A stretch of 248,000 nt of DNA from Hyalangium minutum (GTDB lineage: Bacteria; Myxococcota; Myxococcia; Myxococcales; Myxococcaceae), in assembly GCF_000737315.1 (NCBI RefSeq), contig NZ_JMCB01000005.1, forward strand, positions 20,001 through 268,000. Reading direction: 5' to 3'. Below, piece by piece: positions 219,108 through 229,594 of the stretch. Every line of letters starts with the position of its first letter. Position 1 is the first letter of the stretch. The position numbers and the translations under genes are program-made. Under the pieces are notes generated by a model. The model ran no database searches and was not told where the DNA came from. It worked only from the letters and a program-made list of their open reading frames with translations.

Positions 219108-220589
219108 TCAACGCGCCGAGGCGGGCTGTCCGCAGCGCTCCGCGTATTCGGCGAGCCTGCGCTGCATCGCCTCTTGCGTGGCCTGGGCCATGGAACGCAG
219201 GGCCGCGGTGACGTGGCCTCCGAGCACGCCGATGGCCCGTTGCTGCGCGGTGAGGCTCTCCTCGCAACGGCCCGCCTGGAAGAGCAGCGCCGCGTAGGCC
219301 TCCAGCGTGGAGGCGCGGCCAGGGGCCAGCTGAACGGCGCGGGCGGCCCTCGCGAGTCCCTCTTCGGTCTGCCCCTGCTCCGTGTGCAGCCACGCCATGG
219401 ACACCAGCGCATCCACGTCGTCGGGGTCCAGAGCGAGGGCCCGCTGCAGGGCCTGCTCCTGCTCGGACGCCGGGGCGTTCGCGTCCTGGAGCGCCTGGCC
219501 CAGCAGGCTCCACGCGGGCCCACTGTCCGGCCGGGCCTGCACCAGCGCCCGGGCCAGCGCCAGCCGCTGCTCTGGATCCACCGTGAAGCTCGCCTGGAGC
219601 AGCACCGCGCTCACATTCGCTGGATCCTCCCGGAGCGCTTCTTCGAGTTCCTGGCGGCCCAGGCGCAGCCGCTCGCGCAGGGAGCGCGGCCCGGGGCTGC
219701 GCAGGAACAGCCGCGCCCGGATGGCGTGGATCTCCGCGCAGTCCAGCGTCCTCACGTCGAACTCGGGCTTGATGAACGGCAGCTCCACCGTGAGCTGCTT
219801 CTCGTCCTGGGGCTCGTACTTCTCGAGGTCCTCCTCCAGGCCCGTCACGCCCTGGAAGGCTGCCTCCCACGCGCGGCGAGGTTCCTCGGCCCGCGCCAGC
219901 CGCGAGGTGAAGTCCCGGAAGCGCTGGGGGTGCCGCTCCCTCAGGTACGTCACCCACAGCCACGAGGAAGCGTAGTACGGCAGGATCTCCGCCGAGGAGA
220001 GGAACGGATACCGTTCCCAGGCCCACAGCTTCTCCATCGACAGGGGCCGGTGGTTGCGCACGTACTGCGCGAAGCCTGGGTGGATCTCCCCGAAGGAGGC
220101 CTTCCTCCGCAGCGAGGAGAACTGCACCGTCTGGAGCCACGTGGCCAGGCCCTCGGTGAGCCACCGGGGCTGCCGCACCATCACGAAGCGGGTGATGTGG
220201 TGGGCCAGCTCGTGGGCCTGGACCTGGAGGGACTCAGGCTCCTGCAACAGGAACTCTCCCTCGCCGGCCATCACCATGAGCGGGCTGCGCCCGGACGAGT
220301 CCAGGAAGGCCTCCAGGGGCGCGCCTTGGGTGAACTCCTCCAGCTCCGTGTCGCTGCTCACGACGATGACCTCCACCTGTCCTGGCGGATCCACTGGGCC
220401 CCCCCAGGCAAGCAGGAGAGCGGTGCGCAGCTGCTCCAGCTCCAGCGCCGTGAAGCGAGCCACGCGCTGGCCCAGGTCCGTGAAGACACGGAAGTGGGGA
220501 CTGTTCACTTCGCGCCACTCCTTGCCTCCCTTGTCCGGACATGTGGCGACCGGACGTTTGACGCAGCCTGTCCCCAGGGTCAGCAGCAT
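219108..220589 (-). CDS. DUF1570-like metallopeptidase/TPR lipoprotein
   Basis: HELAH...PRWLTEGLA; TPRs. Confidence 0.72.
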   Translation of the reverse strand: MLLTLGTGCVKRPVATCPDKGGKEWREVNSPHFRVFTDLGQRVARFTALELEQLRTALLLAWGGPVDPPGQVEVIVVSSDTELEEFTQGAPLEAFLDSSGRSPLMVMAGEGEFLLQEPESLQVQAHELAHHITRFVMVRQPRWLTEGLATWLQTVQFSSLRRKASFGEIHPGFAQYVRNHRPLSMEKLWAWERYPFLSSAEILPYYASSWLWVTYLRERHPQRFRDFTSRLARAEEPRRAWEAAFQGVTGLEEDLEKYEPQDEKQLTVELPFIKPEFDVRTLDCAEIHAIRARLFLRSPGPRSLRERLRLGRQELEEALREDPANVSAVLLQASFTVDPEQRLALARALVQARPDSGPAWSLLGQALQDANAPASEQEQALQRALALDPDDVDALVSMAWLHTEQGQTEEGLARAARAVQLAPGRASTLEAYAALLFQAGRCEESLTAQQRAIGVLGGHVTAALRSMAQATQEAMQRRLAEYAERCGQPASAR

Positions 220590-220629
220590 CCCTCCGAGCA
220601 GTGCGAGTATGTTGAGGCGTATGGAACCC

Positions 220630-221667
220630 ATGCCGGATGTCACCCGTTTCTTCCACCCCGTGCTGTCCGCCCGTGAGCTGCGCAAGAAGCCGCTGCGCAT
220701 CGAGCTGGCAGGCAGAGCATACGCGCTGTTCCGGGATGGGACGGGAAAGGCGGCCGCGCTCGCGGACGCTTGCCCCCATCGCTTCGCCCCGCTCTCGGCG
220801 GGCCGGGTGAGCAAGGAGGGACGGCTGACGTGCCCGTACCACGGCTGGAACTTCGACGCGGAAGGCCATGGCCGCAGCCCCAGCCAGCCGGACCTGAAGA
220901 AGTGCGACGCGCGCGCGCTGCAAGTGGTGGAGCGCCACGGCTACCTCTGGGTGGCCTCCCGGGACACGCCGCTGTCGGCCTTCCCGGACTTCGCGCCCGA
221001 GGGCCATGAGGCCACGGGCAGCTTCTCCATGCTCTTCCGCGCGCCGCTCCACGTGGCGCTCGACAACTTCAGCGAGGACGAGCACACCCCGTTCGTCCAC
221101 ACCCGCCTGGGCTGGGACGACCACGACACGAGCGCCATCGAGTTCTCGGCGGAGAACCACGAGGACCACACCGAGGTGCACTACCGCGCGCCTCAGCGGG
221201 AGAGCTGGCTCATCCAGCTGCTGCTGCTCAAGAAGGGGGACGTCTTCCACAATGACTGGGTGACGCGCTTCGATCCCGTGCGTACGAGCTACTCCATCCA
221301 CTGGAGATCGCCGTCGGGAGAGCCCCGCCCGTTCCTCTACCACTTCGCCATCTTCATGGTGCCGGAGACGGAGAAGACCACCCGCTTCCACGTCTTCTCG
221401 TTCGTGAAGGTGTTGGATCCGCGCTTCCAGCCGCTGCTGCCCGTGGTGCGCCTGGCTCAGCCCGTGCTGGCCTGGTTCGAGATCCGCGATGACGCACTCT
221501 TCATCCCCACCGTGGCCGACACGCCGTACAGCCTGAAGGGCATGCGCCTGGGCAAGTACGACAAGCCGCTCATCTACCAGCGCAAGCTGCTCGAGCGCAT
221601 CTACTACGGCCAGAGCCCCGAGGAGCATGTCCCTCCCGTCTCGCTCGTGCAGAGCTCCGGGAGCTGA
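220630..221667 (+). CDS. Rieske non-heme iron oxygenase
   Basis: CPHR...CPYHGW, DNFSEDEH..FVH. Confidence 0.85.
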   Translation: MPDVTRFFHPVLSARELRKKPLRIELAGRAYALFRDGTGKAAALADACPHRFAPLSAGRVSKEGRLTCPYHGWNFDAEGHGRSPSQPDLKKCDARALQVVERHGYLWVASRDTPLSAFPDFAPEGHEATGSFSMLFRAPLHVALDNFSEDEHTPFVHTRLGWDDHDTSAIEFSAENHEDHTEVHYRAPQRESWLIQLLLLKKGDVFHNDWVTRFDPVRTSYSIHWRSPSGEPRPFLYHFAIFMVPETEKTTRFHVFSFVKVLDPRFQPLLPVVRLAQPVLAWFEIRDDALFIPTVADTPYSLKGMRLGKYDKPLIYQRKLLERIYYGQSPEEHVPPVSLVQSSGS

Positions 221668-221691
221668 GGCCCGGAGCCCGGCTTCACGGCG

Positions 221692-222663
221692 TCAGCGGGG
221701 CTCGGGCTTCCTGCCGGAGATGACGCACATGCCGCCCAGCGTCTTCAGGCGAGGCACCGAGAGCAGCGCCTGATCCACCCTCCCGAGCATGTCCACCGCC
221801 AGCTTCCTCGCCAGCGGCGCGTGCTCGTAGGTCTGGCACGTCGGCAGGATGAGCGAGCTGAGCCGTCCCAGCAGGTGGAACCACTTCAGCTCCAGGTCCG
221901 GCAGGTGGCGCAGGATGGTGGACAGCTCGGCCTTCTCCAGCGGCCGCTCGTCCGGCGTGGCATTCGTGTGGATGGGCACGCCCTTGCGCAGCTTCCGCAG
222001 CCACGGTGTGAGGCTCACCGGCTCGGAGAAGACGAGGAGAGCGCCCGGCTTGGCCCACTTCACCAGCTGCCGCATCACCGCATCCAGCTCCGGGATGAGG
222101 TGGTGCAGGATGCCGTCGCCCCAGATGATGTCGAAGTGCCCCGCGGGCAGCTCCACGGTCTCCAGGGGCGAGCAGAAGAACTCGGCGCGCGCCTCGACAC
222201 CCTCCAGCTGCGCCCGTTGCTTGCACAGCTCGACGAAGCCCGGAGAGATGTCCACGCCCGTGACGTGCGCGCCGAACTTGGCCATCAGCGTGGCGTTGAT
222301 ACCGTCGCCGCACCCGACGTCGAGCACGCGCTTGCCGCGCAGGTTGCCCAGCAGCTGGAAGCGGAACTCCTTGTGGAACCAAGGGTGCTGCGGCTCGCGG
222401 TAGCGCGCCACCGTGAGCGGATCCAGCGGCTTCAGCTCTGCGGCCATCTGCTGGGCGATCTCATCGAAGAAGCGCGCCTCGGACGTCCAACGCGAGAAGA
222501 AGTCCGCACGGGCCCTGGCAGGAGACAGCTCCTCCGGCAGGGCCACTGCGTTCCTCTCCGTACATGCTGGATCCGGCCTCAGCAGCCCCGTCAGCGTGTT
222601 GGCCAGCGGCTTCCCCGTAGGCCCCAGAGGTGTTTCGAGGGTTGGTTCGTTGCCGATCTCCAT
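221692..222663 (-). CDS. Class I SAM methyltransferase
   Basis: LDVGCGDG, GILHHL. Confidence 0.82.
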   Translation of the reverse strand: MEIGNEPTLETPLGPTGKPLANTLTGLLRPDPACTERNAVALPEELSPARARADFFSRWTSEARFFDEIAQQMAAELKPLDPLTVARYREPQHPWFHKEFRFQLLGNLRGKRVLDVGCGDGINATLMAKFGAHVTGVDISPGFVELCKQRAQLEGVEARAEFFCSPLETVELPAGHFDIIWGDGILHHLIPELDAVMRQLVKWAKPGALLVFSEPVSLTPWLRKLRKGVPIHTNATPDERPLEKAELSTILRHLPDLELKWFHLLGRLSSLILPTCQTYEHAPLARKLAVDMLGRVDQALLSVPRLKTLGGMCVISGRKPEPR

Positions 222664-222780
222664 GCCGCCCCCTTCCAGCCTTCTCCGCCGGGCATGGCGG
222701 AGTGTCTGGGAGGGTGAGCCCGGTCCTTCAGCGAGGGAAGAGGCCCTGCCGGACGATAGACAGGGGGCGGAGCGGCTGTT

Positions 222781-224181
222781 CTACGGAGTGGGAGCCGGAG
222801 TGGGAGCCGGGGCCGCGCTGCCCTCCGAGAGGCTGGGGGGCGGAAACGCGCCCACCGTCTTCAGCAGCCGCAGCGCCGCGAGCGAGGCCTGGAGCCGCTC
222901 GGCCACCAGTCCCACCTCGGCCTGGGTGAGCGTGGTGTTGGTGTCGGCGACTTCCAGGTAGGTGGCCACGCCCGCGCGGAAGCTGACGTCCGTCAGGCGC
223001 TGACCCTCGCGAGCCAGCTCCACCGCCTCCTGGGCCTTGGCGCGGTTGGCCAGGGCGCTCTGCAGCTCCAGCTGGTAGCGCGCCACCTCCTCGCGGGCCC
223101 GGGCCTCGGCCGCGTCTCGCAGCGCCTCGGCCTCGGCCACCTTCGCCGACTGCTCCTTGAGGTTGGCCTCGCGCAGGCCGCCATCCCAGATCGTCCACGA
223201 GGCGGCCAGGGTGATGAGCCACGAGGTGTTCTGCCCGGTGAAGCCCCCGGCGTTGCTCACGCGGTACGCGCCGGACACGCCCAGCGAGGGCAGGTAGGCG
223301 AGCCATGCGCCTCGGCGGTTCGTCTGCGCCAGGTCCACGCCCACGCGCGAGGCCTCCACGTCCGGGCGGTACGTGAGCGCGGCCTCCTCCAGGTTCGCGT
223401 TCTGTGCAGGCAGCTGGGGCTCGGGCGGGGGCTCCAGCTCGAAGTCCGGCGAGCGCTGCAGCAGCGTGGCCAGCGCCAGCTTCGCGGCGGCCAGCGAGTT
223501 GCGCGAGCGCAGCAGATCCTGCTCGGCGCGCGTCCGGTCCAGCTGGGCGCGCAGCACCGCCACCTTCGTCACCGTGCCGGCCTCGAAGCGCGCCTGGGTG
223601 TCCTTCTCGCGTGCCTGGTTGAGCTCCAGCAGCCGCGTCTGCGCCATGAGCGCCGCCTGCGAGGCCGCCGCGCCGTAGTACGCCTGCGCAACGATGAAGA
223701 GGATCTCCCGCCGCTGCGCCTCGGTGCTCAGCGCGGCCAGGTGCTCGGCCTTGCTGGCGGCGGAGATGGCCGCCCACAGCGTGGGGACGATGAGGGCCTG
223801 GCGCGCCTCGAGCTGCGCGTTGAGCATGTTGAACGGCTGGATCGTCACATCCAGCACCTGCTCGGGGACGACCACCAGGTTGGTGGGGGCGCCCGGGCCG
223901 GCACCGGGATCGCTCGTGGGGGCGCCCACGTCGCGCACGAGGTTGCCCACGGGGAACGCGATGCGGGCCTCGTCCGAGTTGCGCGTATAGGCGCCGCTGG
224001 CGGTGATGGTGGGGAGGTACCCCGACCAGGCCTTCCGCGAGGCCTGCTCTGCTTGCTCGAGCCGGGCGCGCGCGGCCTTCAGGTCCAGGTTCTTGGCCTG
224101 GGCCTCCGTGAGCGCCTCGTCCAGCGTGAGCACCGGACCTGCCGTCATGACCGCGAGGGAGAGCGCCAGCAGGGGCGTCAT
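222781..224181 (-). CDS. TolC family outer-membrane protein
   Basis: LTLDEAL...N, YLP, A-rich helices. Confidence 0.88.
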   Translation of the reverse strand: MTPLLALSLAVMTAGPVLTLDEALTEAQAKNLDLKAARARLEQAEQASRKAWSGYLPTITASGAYTRNSDEARIAFPVGNLVRDVGAPTSDPGAGPGAPTNLVVVPEQVLDVTIQPFNMLNAQLEARQALIVPTLWAAISAASKAEHLAALSTEAQRREILFIVAQAYYGAAASQAALMAQTRLLELNQAREKDTQARFEAGTVTKVAVLRAQLDRTRAEQDLLRSRNSLAAAKLALATLLQRSPDFELEPPPEPQLPAQNANLEEAALTYRPDVEASRVGVDLAQTNRRGAWLAYLPSLGVSGAYRVSNAGGFTGQNTSWLITLAASWTIWDGGLREANLKEQSAKVAEAEALRDAAEARAREEVARYQLELQSALANRAKAQEAVELAREGQRLTDVSFRAGVATYLEVADTNTTLTQAEVGLVAERLQASLAALRLLKTVGAFPPPSLSEGSAAPAPTPAPTP

Positions 224182-224280
224182 ACGAACTTTCCTCCTAAGG
224201 CCCGCCGGAGCGGGCGTTCACAGCAGCCAATGTTGCATGGACCACACTCACGTGGCTGAAGCCAGTGAGAACTGCACCGC

Positions 224281-227200
224281 TCAGGGCGAGGGCTCCGCGC
224301 GGCGAGCCGGCGGCGCGGTGTGAGCCAGCGCCTCCGGGGTGACATGGGAGACGGTGGCCACGCCCTTGGCCATGGTGTGCGGGGGCTCCGCGTAGGCCAG
224401 GAGCACGTCGGCCTGGCCCGTCTCCTCGGGGGTGCGTGGGGAGAACACGGAGTTGAAGAACCGCTTCGCGCGCTCCGCGAGGCTGTCCAGCAGCGAGTAG
224501 GCCACCGGCGTCACTAGCAGCGTGAGCACCAGGGAGAGCGTCTGTCCGCCCACCACCACGCCCGCGGTGGCGCGGTTGAAGCCGGCGCCGATGCCCGTGG
224601 AGGTAACGAGCGGCAGCATGCCCGCCACGAACGAGAGCGTCGTCATGAGGATGGGGCGCAACCGGTCGCGGCTGCCCACGACGATGGCCTCGGTCTTCTC
224701 CAGGCCCGCGGCGCGCAGCTGGTTGGCGTGGTCGATCTGAAGGATGGAGTTCTTCTTCACCACGCCGAAGAGCACCATCAGGCCGAGCATCGAGTAGATG
224801 TCCAGGGACTGGCGGAACACGAGCAGCGAGATGAGGGCGAACGGGACGGTGAGCGGCAGCGAGAGGAGGATGGTGAGGGGGTGGAGCCAGCTCTCGAACT
224901 GCGCCGCCAGGATGAGGTACATGAAGACGAAGGCCAGGCCGAAGGCGATGGCGAAGTTCGTCATCGTGCGGCCAATCTCGCGCGACTGGCCCAGGGGCTT
225001 GGCCGAGTAGCCCGGCGGCAGCTTCAGGTCCTTCACGGCCTGCTCCAGCTGGGTCAGCACCGTGCCCGAGCCAGTGCCCGGCGCCGTGTTGGCGGTGAGC
225101 AGCACCTGGCGCTGGCGGTTGAGGCGGTTGATGGTGGCGGCGCCCTCCTCGTGCTCCACGTGGAGCACGTCCATCAGCGGCACGCTGCCCGCCCGGGCCG
225201 AGGGCACGGTGAGCTGCGAGAGCGCCTCCACGCTGTCACGGGCGGTGGGCTCGGCGCGCAGGCGCACGTCGTAGATGTTGCCGTTCTCCACATAGGAGGA
225301 GACCTCCACGCCGCCCACGAAGAGCTGAAGCGTGGCGGCCACGTCCGACACCTGCACGCCCAGGTCCGCGGCGCGCGAGCGGTTGATGAAGGCGCTCACC
225401 TCGGGCTTGCCGAGGATGAGGTTGGTGTCCGCGTCCACCGCGCCGGGGATGGCCTTGAGCTTCTCCTTGAGGGTGTTGGCGTACCGGGTCAGCTCCTTGA
225501 AGTCCGGACCGGTGACCACCATCATCACCGCGGCCTGGGTGCCGCCGCCGCTGAAGGCGGAGACCTCGGACACGTTCACGCGCCACTCCGGCGGCAGCTT
225601 GGAGGTGAAGTCGCGGCGCACGCGCGCCATCACCTGGTCCTGGCTCTCCTTGCGCGTGCTCGGGTGCGTCATCTGCACGAAAATCTTCGCCAAGTTGGGG
225701 GCGCGCTCGTTGTTGTCGCCAATGGTGACGAGCGTGGAGCGCACCTCGGGCAGCTCGCGCAGCTGGCGGCCCAGGCGCTCGGAGACGAGCTGAGTGGAGG
225801 CCAGGCTGGTGCCCTCGGGCATGCGCATGTTCACCTCGAACTGGGCCTCGTCGCTCTTGGGGAGGAAGCCCTTGGGCACCGCCTGCATCAGCGGCACGCA
225901 CGAGCCCAGGGTGGCGAACGCCATCACCACCGCCACCCACCGGTGCCGCAGCATCCACCGCAGCGACCGGTCATAGGCGCGCTCGATGGGCAGGTAGAAG
226001 GTGTCGGTGACGCGCTCCAGGAAGGGCTTCTGGTGGGCCCCGCCCTTGGGCGCGCTCAGCCACCGCGCCGACAGCATGGGCGTCAGCGAGAAGGACACCA
226101 GCAGGGACACGGCGATGGAGAACGCCATGGTCCACCCGAAGCTGCTGAGGAAGCGGCCGGGGATGCCGCCCATGAAGGCCATGGGCAGGAACACGGCGAT
226201 GAGCGACAGCGTGGTGGCGAGCACCGCCAGGCCAATCTCCTTCGTCGCGAGGATGGCGGCGGGGAAGGGCTTCTCTCCCTTCTCGTGGATGTGGCGGAAG
226301 ATGTTCTCCAGCACGACGATGGCGTCGTCGATGACGATGCCCACCGCCAGCGCCAGGGCCAGCAGGGTGATGGTGTTGAGGGTGAAGCCCTGGGCCTTCA
226401 TCAGCGCGAAGGTGGAGACGATGGAGGTGGGGATGGCGAGCGCGGCGATGAGGGTGGAGCGCCAGCTTCCCAAGAAGAGCAGCACCACCAGCGAGGCGAA
226501 CAGGCCGCCCAGCACGAGGTGCTCGCGCACGGCCTCCACGCTGGTGCGGGTGGTGGCCGAGTTGTCGCGCACCACCTCGAGCGTGTAGCCCGAGGGGAGG
226601 TTCGGGCGCAGCTGCGCCACGCGCTCGTTGATGGCGTCTACCACCGCCACGGTGTTCTCACCGGACTGCTTGCGGATGGAGAGCATGACGGACGGCTTGC
226701 CGTCCTGGCTCGCGGCGGTGACGGCCTCCTGCTCGCCGTCCTCCACGCGCGCCACGTCCGAGACGCGCAGGATGTGGCCATCGCGCTCGCGCAGCACCAG
226801 TTGGCCCAGCTCCTCCACCTTCTCCACACGGCCGCGCAGACGCAGCGACAAGCGCGTGGGGCCCGTCTCGATGGCACCGCCGGGCACCATGAGGTTCTGT
226901 CCGGAGATGGCGCGCTGCAGCTCCGCCGCGCTCACTCCGGCCGCCCGCATCTTCGCCGGGTCCAACCACACGTTCACCTGGCGCTTGCGGCCACCGATGA
227001 GGGTGACCTGGCCCACGCCGGGCACCGTCTCCAGGCTGGGGCGCACCTTGCGATCCGCCAGCTCGGTGATCTCCCGGATGGGCCGATCCGCGTTGAGCGA
227101 CAGGAAGAGCACCGGCGAGGCATCCGGATCCAGCTTCTGGACGATGGGCGTCTCCGCGTCGCGCGGCAGCTCGGGGATGATCTGGCTGACGCGGTCGCGC

Positions 227201-227526
227201 ACCTCCTGCACGGCGGTGTCCACGTCCTTCTCCAGGACGAAGCCGATCTGCACCACGCTCACGCCCTCGGAGGTGGTGGAGATGAGGTCGTCAATGCCGC
227301 TGACGGTGTTGACGGCCTCTTCGATTTTCTCGGTCACCTCCGTCTCCACCTCCGGCGGCGCGGCGCCGGGCAGGCGGGTGACGACGGTGACGAACGGCAA
227401 GTCCACCTTGGGGAAGCGGTCCACGCCGAGCTGCATGTAGCCAGCCACGCCGAGGACGCAGAAGAAGAGGATGAGCACCGTCGCGAGGACGGGCTTGCGG
227501 ACGCACAAGCTCGCGAGCCACTGCAT
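224281..227526 (-). CDS. RND efflux permease
   Basis: DDAIVVLEN, RLRPILMT. Confidence 0.92.
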   Translation of the reverse strand: MQWLASLCVRKPVLATVLILFFCVLGVAGYMQLGVDRFPKVDLPFVTVVTRLPGAAPPEVETEVTEKIEEAVNTVSGIDDLISTTSEGVSVVQIGFVLEKDVDTAVQEVRDRVSQIIPELPRDAETPIVQKLDPDASPVLFLSLNADRPIREITELADRKVRPSLETVPGVGQVTLIGGRKRQVNVWLDPAKMRAAGVSAAELQRAISGQNLMVPGGAIETGPTRLSLRLRGRVEKVEELGQLVLRERDGHILRVSDVARVEDGEQEAVTAASQDGKPSVMLSIRKQSGENTVAVVDAINERVAQLRPNLPSGYTLEVVRDNSATTRTSVEAVREHLVLGGLFASLVVLLFLGSWRSTLIAALAIPTSIVSTFALMKAQGFTLNTITLLALALAVGIVIDDAIVVLENIFRHIHEKGEKPFPAAILATKEIGLAVLATTLSLIAVFLPMAFMGGIPGRFLSSFGWTMAFSIAVSLLVSFSLTPMLSARWLSAPKGGAHQKPFLERVTDTFYLPIERAYDRSLRWMLRHRWVAVVMAFATLGSCVPLMQAVPKGFLPKSDEAQFEVNMRMPEGTSLASTQLVSERLGRQLRELPEVRSTLVTIGDNNERAPNLAKIFVQMTHPSTRKESQDQVMARVRRDFTSKLPPEWRVNVSEVSAFSGGGTQAAVMMVVTGPDFKELTRYANTLKEKLKAIPGAVDADTNLILGKPEVSAFINRSRAADLGVQVSDVAATLQLFVGGVEVSSYVENGNIYDVRLRAEPTARDSVEALSQLTVPSARAGSVPLMDVLHVEHEEGAATINRLNRQRQVLLTANTAPGTGSGTVLTQLEQAVKDLKLPPGYSAKPLGQSREIGRTMTNFAIAFGLAFVFMYLILAAQFESWLHPLTILLSLPLTVPFALISLLVFRQSLDIYSMLGLMVLFGVVKKNSILQIDHANQLRAAGLEKTEAIVVGSRDRLRPILMTTLSFVAGMLPLVTSTGIGAGFNRATAGVVVGGQTLSLVLTLLVTPVAYSLLDSLAERAKRFFNSVFSPRTPEETGQADVLLAYAEPPHTMAKGVATVSHVTPEALAHTAPPARRAEPSP

Positions 227527-227547
227527 GACTGGACCTGAGCCTTTCGA

Positions 227548-228663
227548 CTACTGCAGCTTCACGCCGTCGCGGAGCTCCGCGCTGGCAGTGGCCACCACGC
227601 GCTCACCCGGGCGCACTCCGGACAGCACTCCCACCGTCGTCCCCACCGCCTCGCCGAGCTGCACCAGCCGCTCCTCGAGCTTGCCCTCGCTCGCCACGAA
227701 GACGCGCGACTCGCTGCCCTCGACGCGCACCGCCGTGCGAGGCACCACCGGCAGCGCCACGTCTCCCAGCCGCAGCTTCACGGTGGCGAACTGGCCCGGA
227801 ATCAGCTTGTGGCCGGGGTTGGGCACCAGCGCCTCGACGACCAAGTCACGCGTGCCGCGGCGCAGCGCCGGGCCCACGTAGGTGACGGTGGAGCGGTGCA
227901 CGGTGCCCGGGTCAGCGGTGAGGGTGAACTCTACCTCCTGGTTCTTCTGTACGCCGGTGGCCTGCGCCTCCGGCACGGTGATCTCCAAGCGGAGCGGGTC
228001 GGTGGCCAGCAGGGTGACGACGCGCGAGTCCTGGCGGACGTACTCGCCCACGCCCACGGCGCGCTCGGCCACCAGCCCGTCGAAGGGTGCGCGGATGGTG
228101 GTGTCCGCGAGGTTGTTCTCGATGAGGCTCAGGCGGGCCTCGGCGGCGGCGGCCTGAGCAGCGGCGTTGCGGCACTGCGCCTGCATCCGCTGGTGGTCCG
228201 CGGCGGAGACGGAGCCGCCCTCGAAGAGCTTGTCGTTGCGGGCGCAGTCGGCCTCGGCGAGCTCCTTCTGCGTGCGGGCCAGCTCCACCTGGGCGCGGGC
228301 CTCGGCGGCGCTGGCGCTGGCGGCGCGCGCATCCAGCCGGACGAGCACATCGCCCTTCTTTACCAGCGCGCCGCGCTCCACGTGCACGGAGAGCACTTTG
228401 CCTGCGGCGCCCGCAGCCACGTCCGAGTCCTCGAACGCGGTGAGCGAGCCGGTCAGCGTGAGGAAGCGGGGCACGGCGGCCTCTCCCACCACCACCGTGG
228501 AGGCCTGGACCGTGGGCATCGGCGCGGGGGCCACCTTCGCGGGAGCTGCGGCCTCATGGGAACCACAGCCTGCGCCCAGCACCGCCATCAGCCCACTCAG
228601 CCCCAGGGCCCACAGGCCAGACCGAGAGAAGGCGCCGCCCCCTCGAAGAAACCGCTGCCGCAT
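227548..228663 (-). CDS. RND membrane fusion protein
   Basis: IRAPFDG, lipobox. Confidence 0.88.
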   Translation of the reverse strand: MRQRFLRGGGAFSRSGLWALGLSGLMAVLGAGCGSHEAAAPAKVAPAPMPTVQASTVVVGEAAVPRFLTLTGSLTAFEDSDVAAGAAGKVLSVHVERGALVKKGDVLVRLDARAASASAAEARAQVELARTQKELAEADCARNDKLFEGGSVSAADHQRMQAQCRNAAAQAAAAEARLSLIENNLADTTIRAPFDGLVAERAVGVGEYVRQDSRVVTLLATDPLRLEITVPEAQATGVQKNQEVEFTLTADPGTVHRSTVTYVGPALRRGTRDLVVEALVPNPGHKLIPGQFATVKLRLGDVALPVVPRTAVRVEGSESRVFVASEGKLEERLVQLGEAVGTTVGVLSGVRPGERVVATASAELRDGVKLQ

Positions 228664-228797
228664 GACTGCTCTCCTGCGCCCTGTCCGGAAATGGCCAGGT
228701 TCCATGGTGCACTGCACAACGAATGGGGCGAGCTTGTAGCCCTCAATAGTTGAGCATGTCAATTGTCGACCTGTAACGAGTGAATTACGATGGAGCC

Positions 228798-229355
228798 ATG
228801 AGCAGGACGCACGGGGACAGGACGGAGGCACGCGCACGTCGAGGCGCGGAGGCAGCGGAGCCCGCGCAGCTTCAGGAGGAGCTGGCGCGCGAGGCGTGGG
228901 CACCGCTTTTCGAGCTCATCCAGGATCGGATGCGGCACTTTCCACTGCTGGCGGCGGAGTTCGAGCTGTCGCCGGTGCAGGCGCACGTGTTGAGGACGCT
229001 GGGGTACGGCCCGCAGCCGATGAGCATGTTGGCCGACTACCTCTCGTGTGACGCGTCGAACGTGACGGGGCTGGTGGACCGGCTGGAGACGCGGGGCCTG
229101 GTGGAGCGGCGCAACGCGGAGCACGACCGGCGGGTGAAGATGCTGTGCCTGACGGCGGCGGGCGCGGAGGTGCGACGCCGGCTGATGGAGCGGCTGAGCG
229201 AGCCGCCGGTGGCCATCGCCGCGCTCAGCGCGGAGGACCTGCGCGTGCTGCGGGACGTGATGCTGCGCGCGGTGGACAAGCTGAAGGAGCAGTCCCAGGA
229301 GGGGCGCGGCGTATTTGGTCCGCCGCCTCTGCGCGGCGAGAAGACGGGCCCTTAG
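228798..229355 (+). CDS. MarR family regulator, divergent from the efflux operon
   Basis: SNVTGLVDRLE, DRRVK. Confidence 0.88.
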   Translation: MSRTHGDRTEARARRGAEAAEPAQLQEELAREAWAPLFELIQDRMRHFPLLAAEFELSPVQAHVLRTLGYGPQPMSMLADYLSCDASNVTGLVDRLETRGLVERRNAEHDRRVKMLCLTAAGAEVRRRLMERLSEPPVAIAALSAEDLRVLRDVMLRAVDKLKEQSQEGRGVFGPPPLRGEKTGP

Positions 229356-229429
229356 CGGCGCACGGTCCAGCCGCTCGCTCTGACAGCGGTCCTCCTTGGG
229401 AGCTCACGCATCGCCGCTCCAATCCGAGC

Positions 229430-229580
229430 CCTGGGTCCTGCTGGAGCTGGAACAGAGGCGCCGCATCCAGCGGCGCAGGTTGTCACCACCGGGAGGCCAC
229501 CAAGCGAACCAGTCGAAGCGCTCTTCGTAGAAGAAGGGTTCCAGCAGATGTGCCAGGGCCCGGTACTTCGGCACTGTCAG
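229430..229580 (-). pseudogene. C-terminal remnant of a DUF3396-like immunity gene
   Basis: PKYRALAHLLEPFFYEE...LRRWMRRL with no plausible start. Confidence 0.5.
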
Positions 229581-229594
229581 GCGCGCAGCCCCCC

